Part shown: positions 28,556 through 37,575 of the stretch, piece after piece | Position numbering within the stretch: position 1 is the first letter of the stretch | How the letters are laid out: every line of letters begins with the position of its first letter | Assembly (NCBI GenBank): GCA_964637315.1 | Contig: CAZWTT010000001.1 | Coordinates: 6,939-70,938 of the forward strand | DNA from: an uncultured Dehalococcoidia bacterium | Lineage (GTDB): Bacteria; Chloroflexota; Dehalococcoidia; Lucifugimonadales; UBA2962 | Reading direction: 5' to 3' | DNA length: 64,000 nt | Notes under the pieces: model-generated | What the model was told of the DNA's origin: nothing | Seen by the model: the letters and a program-made list of their open reading frames with translations, nothing else | The model's database searches: none | Position numbers and translations under genes: made by a program

Positions 28556-29877
28556 CTCGGGTCCCCTCGCCCCCCGCACCTCGTCTCATCGCGCTGACGA
28601 CCTTGCTCGTCGCTGTGACATCGGCGGCGCTTGCGTGTACCCAGGCCGCCGGCGCCGACGCCTATGCGACCCCGACGGCCGTATGGGCGTTCACGGTCGT
28701 GCCGGTGGGCACACCCGTCCCAACCCCGACCCCGACCCCGGAGCCGACCCCGGTCAGCAATGAGCCTGACGTTATTCTCGGCCCCGGCTTTGAGCTGGCA
28801 GGTAACCTGTCGCAGGGCCGGTGGGGCCTGACGGCGACGGTGCTTGATGACGGGACGGTGATCGTGGTCGGAGGTCAGGAGCGCAGGAGCTTCTCCCGTA
28901 ACGCACCGATCGAGGCCGAGCTGCTGGCGGCTGGCGGCAACGAGTGGGTAAAGACCGAGCCGATGCAATATGAGCGGAGCTTTCACGTGGCCGCATCCCT
29001 TCCCGACGGGAGGCTGCTGGTCGCCGGTGGCTCCGGCCGCGAGGTGCTTACCGAGGAGGAGGCGCGGGACCGGCCCTTCAGGGGCAGGCAGGATCTTGAC
29101 ACCGCGGAGGTCTTTGACCCCGAAACCGGCGAATGGTCGGAGGTCGCCGAGATGCAGGCGGGCAGGCAAAGCGGCGGGGGAGCGCGGCTCCAGGACGGCC
29201 GCGTACTGGTGGTCGGCGGCGCCTCCGGGATCGACGTGATCGCCGATGCGGAAATGTACGTTCCGGACGAGGACGTGTGGATAGAGATCGCACCCATGGC
29301 GCAGGCCCGCAAGTTCCTCACCGCCACGTTGCTGGTCGATGGGAGGGTGTTGGTGGCGGGTGGGCAGACGCGAGAGACCGCGCTGGCATCAGCCGAGATC
29401 TACGATCCTGCCGACGGTTCATGGACATCCGTGGCCAATCTTGTCCGGCCCAGGTCGGGCCACTCCGCGTCGCTGATGCGTGATGGTCGGGTGGTGGTGG
29501 TCGGGGGGTCGGACCTCGGTGCCTCCAACGTGCTCGGCCCAGAGACCTCCGCCGAGATATACGACCCGGTTGCGGACGAGTGGACCCTGGTGACGGGCGA
29601 CCTGCGGCCGAGGCGGGGCCACGCGTCGGTCACGCTCTCCGACGGCAGGGTGGTGGTGGTCGGGGGCGAGGACCTGGTTGGCCTTTCAATCGCCGCCGTC
29701 GAAGTCTACGACCCCGCCGCCGACAGCTGGAAGATCGCTGCTTCACTCCCGGATGGGCGCAGCCTGCTGGCGGCCGCACTGCTGCCCGACGGCTCGGTTT
29801 TGATAGCCGGGGGAGGCACGGCCTCCGGGTTCGTCGACTTCCCGGACTACACGCTGCGGTTCCGAGTCCCGAACTAG
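28552..29877 (+). CDS. Kelch-repeat beta-propeller protein with a signal peptide and lipobox-like Cys
   Basis: TTG 28552 overlaps the PTE-3 stop. LLVAVTSAALAC, then a Thr/Pro linker, then repeated …AE(I/V)YDP…W…DGRV(L/V)V(V/A)GG units. Confidence 0.75.
   Translation: MTRVPSPPAPRLIALTTLLVAVTSAALACTQAAGADAYATPTAVWAFTVVPVGTPVPTPTPTPEPTPVSNEPDVILGPGFELAGNLSQGRWGLTATVLDDGTVIVVGGQERRSFSRNAPIEAELLAAGGNEWVKTEPMQYERSFHVAASLPDGRLLVAGGSGREVLTEEEARDRPFRGRQDLDTAEVFDPETGEWSEVAEMQAGRQSGGGARLQDGRVLVVGGASGIDVIADAEMYVPDEDVWIEIAPMAQARKFLTATLLVDGRVLVAGGQTRETALASAEIYDPADGSWTSVANLVRPRSGHSASLMRDGRVVVVGGSDLGASNVLGPETSAEIYDPVADEWTLVTGDLRPRRGHASVTLSDGRVVVVGGEDLVGLSIAAVEVYDPAADSWKIAASLPDGRSLLAAALLPDGSVLIAGGGTASGFVDFPDYTLRFRVPN
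29100..29171 (+). repeat. 72-nt direct repeat copy B (native Kelch-repeat coding sequence)
   Basis: Matches 23951-24022. Here it is in frame and encodes TAEVFDPETGEWSEVAEMQAGRQ, a normal Kelch blade. Confidence 0.9.
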
Positions 29878-29916
29878 CGCCGCCGCTGGATCGGCGGACG
29901 GCGCACCGGGCCGGCT

Positions 29917-30327
29917 TCAGAGGACGCGAAGTTCGGCTTCGACGATCTCGCCTTCGGGCGTAATTCTGTAGAGGAGCACTTCCGGGCTTTCGTTGTTCTC
30001 AAGGGAGACCAGGATGTAAAACGGGTCCAGCCACCCGCTCTCCATGGCCATGCGCACATCGGTTTGCGACGGGTAGGGGGCGCTGTGGGTGTGGGAGTGG
30101 TAAAAGGCGACCAGGGACAGTCCGCGACTCTCGGCATCCTTGTCGGCGTCGAGGAACTCCTGGGGGTCCATCAGGTATCGGAACGGACTCCGGGCGGTGT
30201 TGGTAATCCGATACCCACGCTCGGCATCGGAGTCTTTTCCGGCGATAAGACCGCAGCACTCGTTCGGGTCCTCGGCACGGGCGTGGGCGATCATGTCATC
30301 GACCACCTCGCGGGGTATCTTAAGCAC
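29917..30327 (-). CDS. JAMM/MPN+ metallopeptidase (Mec+-like)
   Basis: 136 aa with …PNECCGLIAG… and HSHTHSAPYPSQTD (ExnHxHx7Sx2D JAMM motif). Confidence 0.8.
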   Translation of the reverse strand: MLKIPREVVDDMIAHARAEDPNECCGLIAGKDSDAERGYRITNTARSPFRYLMDPQEFLDADKDAESRGLSLVAFYHSHTHSAPYPSQTDVRMAMESGWLDPFYILVSLENNESPEVLLYRITPEGEIVEAELRVL

Positions 30328-30395
30328 GTGACCGCCTCATCCAAAAAATCAGGAGATGCGGTCGACGGAGGGCGCGGACGGGGGATACCGGCGTC

Positions 30396-31133
30396 TTATA
30401 CTCCGCTCGGAACCCCTGTTCTCAACTGGCCGGGGGCGAGACCCTCCGCCGCCCTGACCACCAGGCCGGCGGCGTATTCGAAACCGACGACGCTGGTGTT
30501 GATGCAGAGGTGGAACTGGCGCACGTCCTCGGGGTTGTCGAGGTCGAAGAAGCGTTTGAAGTGGTACTCCTTGGCCCTGTCCCTGCCCGCGATGATGTCG
30601 GCGGCCTCACTGCGGCCTACGCGGTTGCGCTCCATGATGCGGGCCAGGCGGTCGTCGTACTCGGCGAAGACCCCGATGCGCAGCACACGGGGGTCCCCTT
30701 TGAGAATGGCGGAGCCGCTGCGCCCGACGATCACCACGTTGCCAGACGACGCCGCGTCGTTGAGCACGTGGCGCAGCCCCTCGAGATAGGCTCCGTCCTC
30801 CACCTCGTGGCCCTTGGTAATGGTGGGTTGAGGCAGGTCTTCATACTCCTGGGTGAGGAAGGCCACCGCGCCGGGGCCGAAGTACGGGTCACCGCCCGCG
30901 CCGCTGACGGCCGAGCGCTCGAGTATGCGTTGGATCAGCCTGGAGATTAGCTCGCCCCTGGTGGGAGGGCGCTCCTCCCGTTCGAGCAGGGCCTCGACCG
31001 TCGCTCCGACCTCTTTGGCGGCGCCGGTGAGTATCAGCCGGTCCACGTAGTCGGCCTCCAGGCGGTCGGCAACCATCTGGCCCAACTGCCTGCCCCCGCA
31101 GCCTGTGAGTCCACCCATCGTGATTACGGCCAT
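30396..31133 (-). CDS. Cytidylate-kinase-like family (P-loop) protein
   Basis: N-terminal ITMGGLTGCGGRQLG…LEADYVD; size and pattern fit the Cytidylate_kin2-type family. Confidence 0.65.
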   Translation of the reverse strand: MAVITMGGLTGCGGRQLGQMVADRLEADYVDRLILTGAAKEVGATVEALLEREERPPTRGELISRLIQRILERSAVSGAGGDPYFGPGAVAFLTQEYEDLPQPTITKGHEVEDGAYLEGLRHVLNDAASSGNVVIVGRSGSAILKGDPRVLRIGVFAEYDDRLARIMERNRVGRSEAADIIAGRDRAKEYHFKRFFDLDNPEDVRQFHLCINTSVVGFEYAAGLVVRAAEGLAPGQLRTGVPSGV

Positions 31134-31300
31134 GGCTCCCTCCTCGTCATCTCGGCCGGCTCAATTCGGCCGGCTTAGCCCGGGTAACGGGTCTGAAAGT
31201 GCGGGGCTTGTCCGAGAGGTGCTAAATGGTGACAGCGTGGCTCGCCGGATGTCAACAGCCGACTCGGCTCACGATCGGGCGCGGTCGGAGCGCAAGGCCG

Positions 31301-31813
31301 TCAGAGAGTGAGGAAGGTATGGATTGGCCATCCATTCAAACGACTGCGCCCCCCAAGAGCCTCCAACTCGACGAGAACACCAAGTTCGGCCACCTTACCG
31401 CCTCCGCTTTCGACCAACTCGGCCGCGGCGGCGAGGGTTCCTCCGGTGGCCAGCAGGTCGTCCATGATCACCACCCGGTGCCCGTTGGAGATGGCATCGA
31501 CGTGCATTTCGACCACGCTGCTGCCGTACTCTAGTTCATACGCTACCGAGTGGGTCTGGAAGGGCAACTTGCCCTCTTTCCTTACCGGCACCAGGGGGAT
31601 GGAAAGGCGGTACGCGATCGGCGCCGCCAGCAGGAATCCGCGGGCGTCGATGCCAACCACGGCGTCGACCGGGTCACGTCTATAGCGGTCCACGAAGTAG
31701 TCTATCACCGCTGCGAAGGCGTCCGGATTCGCTAGCACCGGCGTTATGTCCTTAAAAACGACCCCCGGCTCCGGGAAGTCCGGGATATCGCGTATGAAGT
31801 GCTCAATGTCCAT
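31301..31813 (-). CDS. apt: Adenine phosphoribosyltransferase
   Basis: IRDIPDFPEPGVVFKDITP…, PRPP motif VVIMDDLLATGGT. ATG 31813 gives the canonical ~170 aa. Confidence 0.85.
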   Translation of the reverse strand: MDIEHFIRDIPDFPEPGVVFKDITPVLANPDAFAAVIDYFVDRYRRDPVDAVVGIDARGFLLAAPIAYRLSIPLVPVRKEGKLPFQTHSVAYELEYGSSVVEMHVDAISNGHRVVIMDDLLATGGTLAAAAELVESGGGKVAELGVLVELEALGGRSRLNGWPIHTFLTL

Positions 31814-31889
31814 CGCCAGAAATGGTATATCAACGACCCGTATAATGCCGCTCGTCGCGGGCTTCATCGGCGGCGCAGCGAGGAGGGAC

Positions 31890-32225
31890 ATGTTTGCCAT
31901 ATTTGTCACAATCGACGTAAAGAGTGAGTTCACCGACCGCTTCATCGAGGCCAGCTACGGCGACGCACGAGGGTCGGTGAGAGACGAGCCGGGATGCTTC
32001 CGATTTGACATCGCCAAGGATGGGGCGAACCCGGACCGCTTCTACTTGTACGAGGTTTACGCCGACGAGGATGCGTTCGCGGCGCACCAGACATATCCGC
32101 ACTACCTGACTTGGCGCGCCACCGTGGAGGACTGGTTCTACGGGGCTCCGCAGGTGGTTCGTATGGCGACGCTGTTTCCCTCAGACGAGGGCTGGTGCGC
32201 CCAGAAACCACACCTGCTGGACTGA
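31890..32225 (+). CDS. Antibiotic-biosynthesis-monooxygenase (ABM) domain protein
   Basis: SD AGGAGGG before ATG 31890. MFAIFVTIDVK…EPGCFRFDI…FYLYEVYADEDAFAAH is a typical ABM ferredoxin-like fold pattern. Confidence 0.7.
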   Translation: MFAIFVTIDVKSEFTDRFIEASYGDARGSVRDEPGCFRFDIAKDGANPDRFYLYEVYADEDAFAAHQTYPHYLTWRATVEDWFYGAPQVVRMATLFPSDEGWCAQKPHLLD

Positions 32226-32228
32226 CTG

Positions 32229-33818
32229 TTGCTCCGACGCCACATCTTGCTTGTAGCGGCCTTGGCGGCGGCGCTGACCGTGGCAGTCGCTTGCGGAGGC
32301 GGCGGATCTGGGAATCCCGCCAGTGAGGCCGTCGGCGAGGATTCAGCCCCGACGCTCGGGTTGACGGCTGTAATCATGCAGGTGGAGGACTCCACCACCG
32401 GTTCCGAGCCGACGCCGGCCACAGGGGACGGCGTCGACACCGCATCTGAGGGGTCGCCGTCGCTCGGACCTGCTGACGCACCGTCGGCGACACCGGAGCC
32501 GTTCCCGACGGCCGTCCCGACCGCCACCGCCACCCCGATCCCGGTGCACACTTTGAGCCAGACCGAGCGGGAGGCTATCGCGATCCGGTTCATCGAGGTA
32601 CTCGCGACCGGCGACTACGAGGGAGCCGCGGGCCACTTCGATGACACCGTTCGCGAGGCCCTGCCGCCCGATGAGTTGAAAGACCTATGGACCCGGCTGA
32701 CTGAGAAGGCCGGGGAGTACCTGGCGGTGGAGAGCGTCAGCGAAAGCGACGTGCAGTTCCATAAGTTGCTGGTCATCGAGGCCCTGTTCCAGACCTTCGT
32801 CGTCGACTTTCGTTTCACCTTCGACGTGGATGGCCGGATCGCGGGTCTGTTTTTCGGGGCCAGCCGCCCGACCGAGGGCTTTCCCGTCCCCGACTACGCC
32901 GATGAAGATGCGTTCACCGAGAGCGACGTGATCGTCGGGGGGGGAGGTGACTGGCGCCTTCCCGGTACGCTCACCCTGCCGCTCGGGCAGGGACCGTTCC
33001 CCGTGGTGATTCTGGTGCATGGCTACGGACGGCAGGACCGGGACGCGACGTTTGGCCTGGTCAAGCCCTTCCGCGACCTTGCGTGGGGCCTCGCTACTCG
33101 CGAAGTGGCGGTGCTGAGGTACGAAAAGCGTACCTTCGCGTACCGGGACCAGTTTCTCGAGATGGCGGCTTCGTTCACTCTTGCCGACGATACGGTCGAC
33201 GACGCTCTTGCCGCCGTCGATCTGCTCGGCAGGATAGGACGAGTCGACCCCGACCGGATCTTCGTTCTGGGTCACAGCCTGGGTGGGTACGCCATCCCAC
33301 GCATAGCGGCGAGGACAGAGGGTGTGGCCGGCTATATCCTGCTGGCTGGAGCCGCCCGCCCCATCCCCGAACTGCGCGTGGAACAATTGGAGTACATTGC
33401 GACCCTGGACGGCGCGGTCACCCCCGACGAACGGGCGGCAATAGACGACGCCCGTGCGGCGGCCGTCTGCATCTCAGCGAAGGTCTCGTGCAGATTCCAT
33501 GAACTGCTGGTCATCGGCCTTGGCCCGGCGTACTTGCTGGACTTGGACGGCTACGACCCGGCCGACGAGGCGCGTGCAATGGAGGCGCCGATGCTGATAC
33601 TGCAGGGAGGCTCTGACTACCAGGTAACCGTGCAGGACTACAGGCTATGGCGGGACGCGCTGGCCGAGCGTCACAATGTGGAGTTCGAGCTTTACCCGGG
33701 CCTCAACCACTTCTTCGTGGAGATCGACGGTCAATCCACCCCCGACGACGTGCTGAACCCCGCCAACATCTCTCAGCGGGTAATCGACGACATCGCCGCC
33801 TGGGTGGCCGAGCGTTGA
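32229..33818 (+). CDS. Secreted/lipoprotein alpha/beta hydrolase with an N-terminal DUF3887-like domain
   Basis: Signal LLVAALAAALTVAVAC plus a Gly/Ser/Thr/Pro linker. Nucleophile elbow GHSLGG; C-terminal …LILQGGSDYQV…LNHFF. Confidence 0.75.
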   Translation: MLRRHILLVAALAAALTVAVACGGGGSGNPASEAVGEDSAPTLGLTAVIMQVEDSTTGSEPTPATGDGVDTASEGSPSLGPADAPSATPEPFPTAVPTATATPIPVHTLSQTEREAIAIRFIEVLATGDYEGAAGHFDDTVREALPPDELKDLWTRLTEKAGEYLAVESVSESDVQFHKLLVIEALFQTFVVDFRFTFDVDGRIAGLFFGASRPTEGFPVPDYADEDAFTESDVIVGGGGDWRLPGTLTLPLGQGPFPVVILVHGYGRQDRDATFGLVKPFRDLAWGLATREVAVLRYEKRTFAYRDQFLEMAASFTLADDTVDDALAAVDLLGRIGRVDPDRIFVLGHSLGGYAIPRIAARTEGVAGYILLAGAARPIPELRVEQLEYIATLDGAVTPDERAAIDDARAAAVCISAKVSCRFHELLVIGLGPAYLLDLDGYDPADEARAMEAPMLILQGGSDYQVTVQDYRLWRDALAERHNVEFELYPGLNHFFVEIDGQSTPDDVLNPANISQRVIDDIAAWVAER

Positions 33819-33861
33819 TCTTGAAAAAAAGAGCCTGAGTCCCTAGCTAACCCCTACTCGA

Positions 33862-35505
33862 TTACTCCATGCGGGAGCCGCCCCAGGCGGCGGAGACGCC
33901 AGCGGCCGTGGGTTCGACGATGACGTTGATCACTGCGGGCTTGCCCGAGTCGAAGGCTCGCCCCAGCGCCGGGGCGATGTCGTCTGGGTCTTCGACCAGC
34001 TCTCCATGGGCTCCCAGGGCCTGCGCCATCTTGTGGAAAGCCGTGAATCCCAACTCCCGGCCCGGCTTGCGTGAGTACGGCGTGCGGACGGTCCAGCCGG
34101 CGTTGTTCGAGACGACAGTAACTACTGGGAGATTGAATCGGATGAGGGTGTCCAGCTCCATCGCATTCATGCCCATGGAGCCGTCTCCGTGTAACACCAG
34201 GACCTGCTTGTCGGGCCTAGCCAGCTTGGCACCTATCCCATAAGGCAACCCAACACCCATGGTCCCTGTGACGCCGGAGTTGAGCCGGTGGCCGGGCAGG
34301 TAGGTGTTGATCGACTGGCGGCCGAAGTGGAGTATCTCGTTGCCGTCAACCGACACGATGGCGTCCCGGTCGATGAAGTTGTTGATCTCGTTGCATAGCC
34401 GCAGCGGATGGATGGGGGTCAGTGACGAGTTCAGCAGTTCCTGCATCTGGGCGGCCTTTTTGTCCTGGTAGTCGGATAACTTGGCGACCCAGGGCGACTC
34501 GCGCCTGCCCGCGAAGTCGGCGGCCCGCTCCTCGGCCTCGTCATTGAGCTGGCGCAGTGCCAGCCGGGCGTCGGCGACGATGCCCAACTCGCAGGCCCGG
34601 TTGTGGCCTATCTCGGAGGCGTCGATGTCTAACTGGATGATCTTCGCGTCGGGGGAGAAGCGGTGGCCGTACTGCATCATCCAGTTGAGGCGGGTGCCGA
34701 CCACCAGAACGACGTCTGCCTCCCTTATGGCGGTGCTGCGCGAGGCGGGGAAGGCCAGCGGATGATCTTCCGGCGCCAGTCCTCGGGACATAGGAGCGGT
34801 GTAGAAGGGCGTGCTGGTAACGTCCACGAACCGCTTGAACTCCGGCGCACCACCGGAGAAGAACACGCCCCCGCCGCCGAACACTATTGGGCGCTCGGCC
34901 CCCGCCAGCATGTCGACCGCCCGGTCGATGGCGGCCGGGTCTGCGGCCGGTCTGGATCTCTCAGTGGCTCGGCTCGGCCGGATGGCTTTGTCCTCTTCGA
35001 CCTCTTCATAGAGGACGTCGGCGCCGCAGTCGATGTAGACTACTCCCGGGCGACCGGATGTGGCCTGCCTGAAAGCGGTGCTGACGATCTCCGGGTAGCG
35101 TGCGGCCTGGGTGGGCTGGTGGACGTACTTGCATAGCGGCTCAAAGATGCCCGTCTGATCAACCTCTTGAAAGGCGCCGCGGCTGATTTCGTGCACGGGT
35201 CCGGAGCCGCCGAGGATGACCATCGGAGCGCAGTCGATGGAGGCCGTGTAGGCGCCTGTCAGTAGGTTCAAGGTGCCGGGGCCGGAGGCGGCCGTGCAGA
35301 CGCCGGGCTTGCCGGTGACGCGGGCATAGGCGTGGGCGGCGAAGGCGGCGGCCTGCTCGTGCCGGAAGTCGACAGTCTTGATGTCAAGGTCCTGGGCGGC
35401 CATGACGAGATCGAAGTTCGGGCCGCCCATCAGATAGAAAAGCACCTCGACGCCTTCCTCTTTCAGAGTGCGTGCTATCAGATAGCTGCCGGTCACGGTG
35501 CCCAT
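33862..35505 (-). CDS. Thiamine-pyrophosphate enzyme (acetolactate-synthase / 2-hydroxyacyl-CoA-lyase-like)
   Basis: 547 aa with the N-terminal PYR domain (…FRHEQAAAFAAHAYARVTGKPGVC…GPGTLN) and the TPP motif GDGSMGMN…NN. Confidence 0.85.
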   Translation of the reverse strand: MGTVTGSYLIARTLKEEGVEVLFYLMGGPNFDLVMAAQDLDIKTVDFRHEQAAAFAAHAYARVTGKPGVCTAASGPGTLNLLTGAYTASIDCAPMVILGGSGPVHEISRGAFQEVDQTGIFEPLCKYVHQPTQAARYPEIVSTAFRQATSGRPGVVYIDCGADVLYEEVEEDKAIRPSRATERSRPAADPAAIDRAVDMLAGAERPIVFGGGGVFFSGGAPEFKRFVDVTSTPFYTAPMSRGLAPEDHPLAFPASRSTAIREADVVLVVGTRLNWMMQYGHRFSPDAKIIQLDIDASEIGHNRACELGIVADARLALRQLNDEAEERAADFAGRRESPWVAKLSDYQDKKAAQMQELLNSSLTPIHPLRLCNEINNFIDRDAIVSVDGNEILHFGRQSINTYLPGHRLNSGVTGTMGVGLPYGIGAKLARPDKQVLVLHGDGSMGMNAMELDTLIRFNLPVVTVVSNNAGWTVRTPYSRKPGRELGFTAFHKMAQALGAHGELVEDPDDIAPALGRAFDSGKPAVINVIVEPTAAGVSAAWGGSRME

Positions 35506-35707
35506 GGGCTCCTCCAGATCGCCGAAATTGGCCGAAAGCGTATCACAGGATGGGCCACCGACCCCTGTTTAGTCGGGCGCGGACGAGTCGCGCCCTGAAT
35601 GGGTTAGACTACGCACGCTCACGAAGTCTGTTCCCAAAAAGATTAATGGGATGGTCCGTTCCCGACCCTTTACAGTGGGCGGCAGGCACACACACCAAGA
35701 GGTGGAT

Positions 35708-36907
35708 ATGCGCAGGCTCGCGCCCCACGCGTCGTTACTGATACTGGCCCTTGCTCTGACGGTCGCCGCCTCATGCGCCGGCGACGCGGCGGCTCCTTCA
35801 CCATCGTCAGGTGGTGAGGTAGCCGCGGAAACCGGAGGCGCCAGCGAGACCGCCAAGGTAACAACCGCCGCCGGGCCCGGCAAGTTCTCAGTCACCGACA
35901 AGATGGTCGACGCTCGCGGTTACCACGCCGCCGTCAAAATGGCGGACGGCAGGGTGATGGCAATCGCCGGTAAGAGTCGGGGAGGCGCGTCGGCCTGGAA
36001 GGCGTCGTCCATCGAGGCCACCGCCATCTACGATCCGACCACCGGCAAGTGGACCGACTCGGCCCTCCTGTCGACAGTGCGGGAGCATCCAACAGGCCAC
36101 CTCCTGCTCGACGGCCGGGTTATCGTGATCGGTGGCTCCGCCCTGCGCCAGTTGCCGTTGGCCAGCGTCGAGGTCTACGACGTGGCCGCCGATTCTTGGA
36201 CCGAGGTCGCTCCCATGTCGATCGGGCGGTGGCGACACAGCTCGGTGATGTTCGAAGACGGCCGCATCATGGTGGTCGCCGGTGAGACGGTGGACCTCGT
36301 GCTCGTTGCAGGGGCGGAGATCTACGATCCGACAACCGACACGTGGACGCCCGCCGGATCGCTTACCGAGGCCCGCGCACTGCACACCGTGACGTTGCTT
36401 CAGGACGGCCGGGTTCTGGCGGTGGGTGGGGGCAAGCGCGACTCACCTTACATTAAGACGCCGGAGATCTACGACCCGGCCACCGGCGAGTGGACTCAGG
36501 GGGCGCCGACCCAGGTCGCGCACTCGGCGCATGCAGCCACGCTGCTTCCCGACGGCCGGGTGCTGATCACGGGCGGCAAGGGGAAAGTGACCCTGACGGA
36601 GATCTATGACCCCGAGGCCGACGCCTGGACGACCCTGGGTCCAATGTCCGAGTGGCGCGCCGAGCACGCCGCCGTCCTGCTTGCCGACGGCCGCGTCATG
36701 GTCACCGGAGGCATTGGCAAGGTTGCGACATCCGATATTTTTGATCCGGCGACCGATACTTGGTCCACTGGAGCCAACATGGTCGAGACGCGCTACGCAC
36801 ACTCGATGACGCTGCTCGACGATGGCAGGGTCCTCGTCATCGGCGGTAACTCCACCGACGGCGACCAGCGGGGAGTGACCACGGAGGTCGAGGTGTGGGA
36901 GCCTTAG
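35708..36907 (+). CDS. Kelch-repeat beta-propeller protein with a signal peptide and lipobox-like Cys
   Basis: SD AAGAGGTGG before ATG 35708. LLILALALTVAASC, then six or more …(I/V)YDP…W…DGRV(L/M)V(I/T)GG blades. Confidence 0.75.
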   Translation: MRRLAPHASLLILALALTVAASCAGDAAAPSPSSGGEVAAETGGASETAKVTTAAGPGKFSVTDKMVDARGYHAAVKMADGRVMAIAGKSRGGASAWKASSIEATAIYDPTTGKWTDSALLSTVREHPTGHLLLDGRVIVIGGSALRQLPLASVEVYDVAADSWTEVAPMSIGRWRHSSVMFEDGRIMVVAGETVDLVLVAGAEIYDPTTDTWTPAGSLTEARALHTVTLLQDGRVLAVGGGKRDSPYIKTPEIYDPATGEWTQGAPTQVAHSAHAATLLPDGRVLITGGKGKVTLTEIYDPEADAWTTLGPMSEWRAEHAAVLLADGRVMVTGGIGKVATSDIFDPATDTWSTGANMVETRYAHSMTLLDDGRVLVIGGNSTDGDQRGVTTEVEVWEP

Positions 36908-36922
36908 GCTCCCGGGCCCGCA

Positions 36923-37237
36923 TTACTGGCGGTCGACAGTCTCAGCCAGGTCGTGGAGGATTGAATGGACCTCGTCCCGGCCAAAGGGCTTGGCCAGCAA
37001 CCTGTCCGGATCGAAACTGCGGGCGTCCATCATGAGGGCGGATTTGGGGTAGCCGGTAACGATCATGACTTTCGTGGCCGGGTCGGCCACCCTTATCTCG
37101 ATCAGCGCCCCGGCGCTGCCCACCCCGGGCATCACGAGGTCGAGGAACACGGCGTCGAAATGGGTTCTTCGGACCTCCTCGACCGCCCATTCGCCAGACT
37201 CCACGGCCACGCACCGCCACCCCTCCCCTGTGACCAT
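36923..37237 (-). CDS. Single-domain response-regulator receiver; N-terminus unresolved
   Basis: …FDAVFLDLVMPG… (phospho-Asp), …VMIVTGYP…, …LAKPF…. Receiver homology (ALVVDGEPRIRERLEA) continues upstream of ATG 37237 to about 37293 with no ATG/GTG/TTG before the in-frame stop. Confidence 0.6.
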   Translation of the reverse strand: MVTGEGWRCVAVESGEWAVEEVRRTHFDAVFLDLVMPGVGSAGALIEIRVADPATKVMIVTGYPKSALMMDARSFDPDRLLAKPFGRDEVHSILHDLAETVDRQ

Positions 37238-37539
37238 GGCTTCCAGGCGCTCTCGAATGCGTGGTTCGCCATCGACGACTAGGGCCGAGGAGGTCCCGGG
37301 CGATGTGTAGAATCTAACTGTAATTTGCCGTCGTCAGCGTGGTCGGCAATTGGCACAATACCGGGCAGCCAAAACGAATCAATGGCGGGAGGGCCGGCTT
37401 TTGTCTGCATTTCGTGTGCGTGTTGGCCGTCCCGTCGGCGCCGGTCGCTCGACGACATCGTCATGCACGGAGTCTGCACGCCTCATGCCGGTCCAACAGG
37501 ACTGCCCTTGCCGCCCGAAAGACCCACGTAAACGCTCCA

Positions 37540-37569
37540 TTGTTGTGGCCTCAATCCGTCTGTTATACT
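37540..37569 (+). promoter_or_regulatory. Candidate sigma-70 promoter: TTGTTG, 18 nt spacer, (TGt)TATACT
   Basis: -35 TTGTTG at 37540-37545 and extended -10 TGtTATACT at 37561-37569, about 140 nt upstream of the Mo-hydroxylase operon start. Confidence 0.3.
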
Positions 37570-37575
37570 GGCCAC

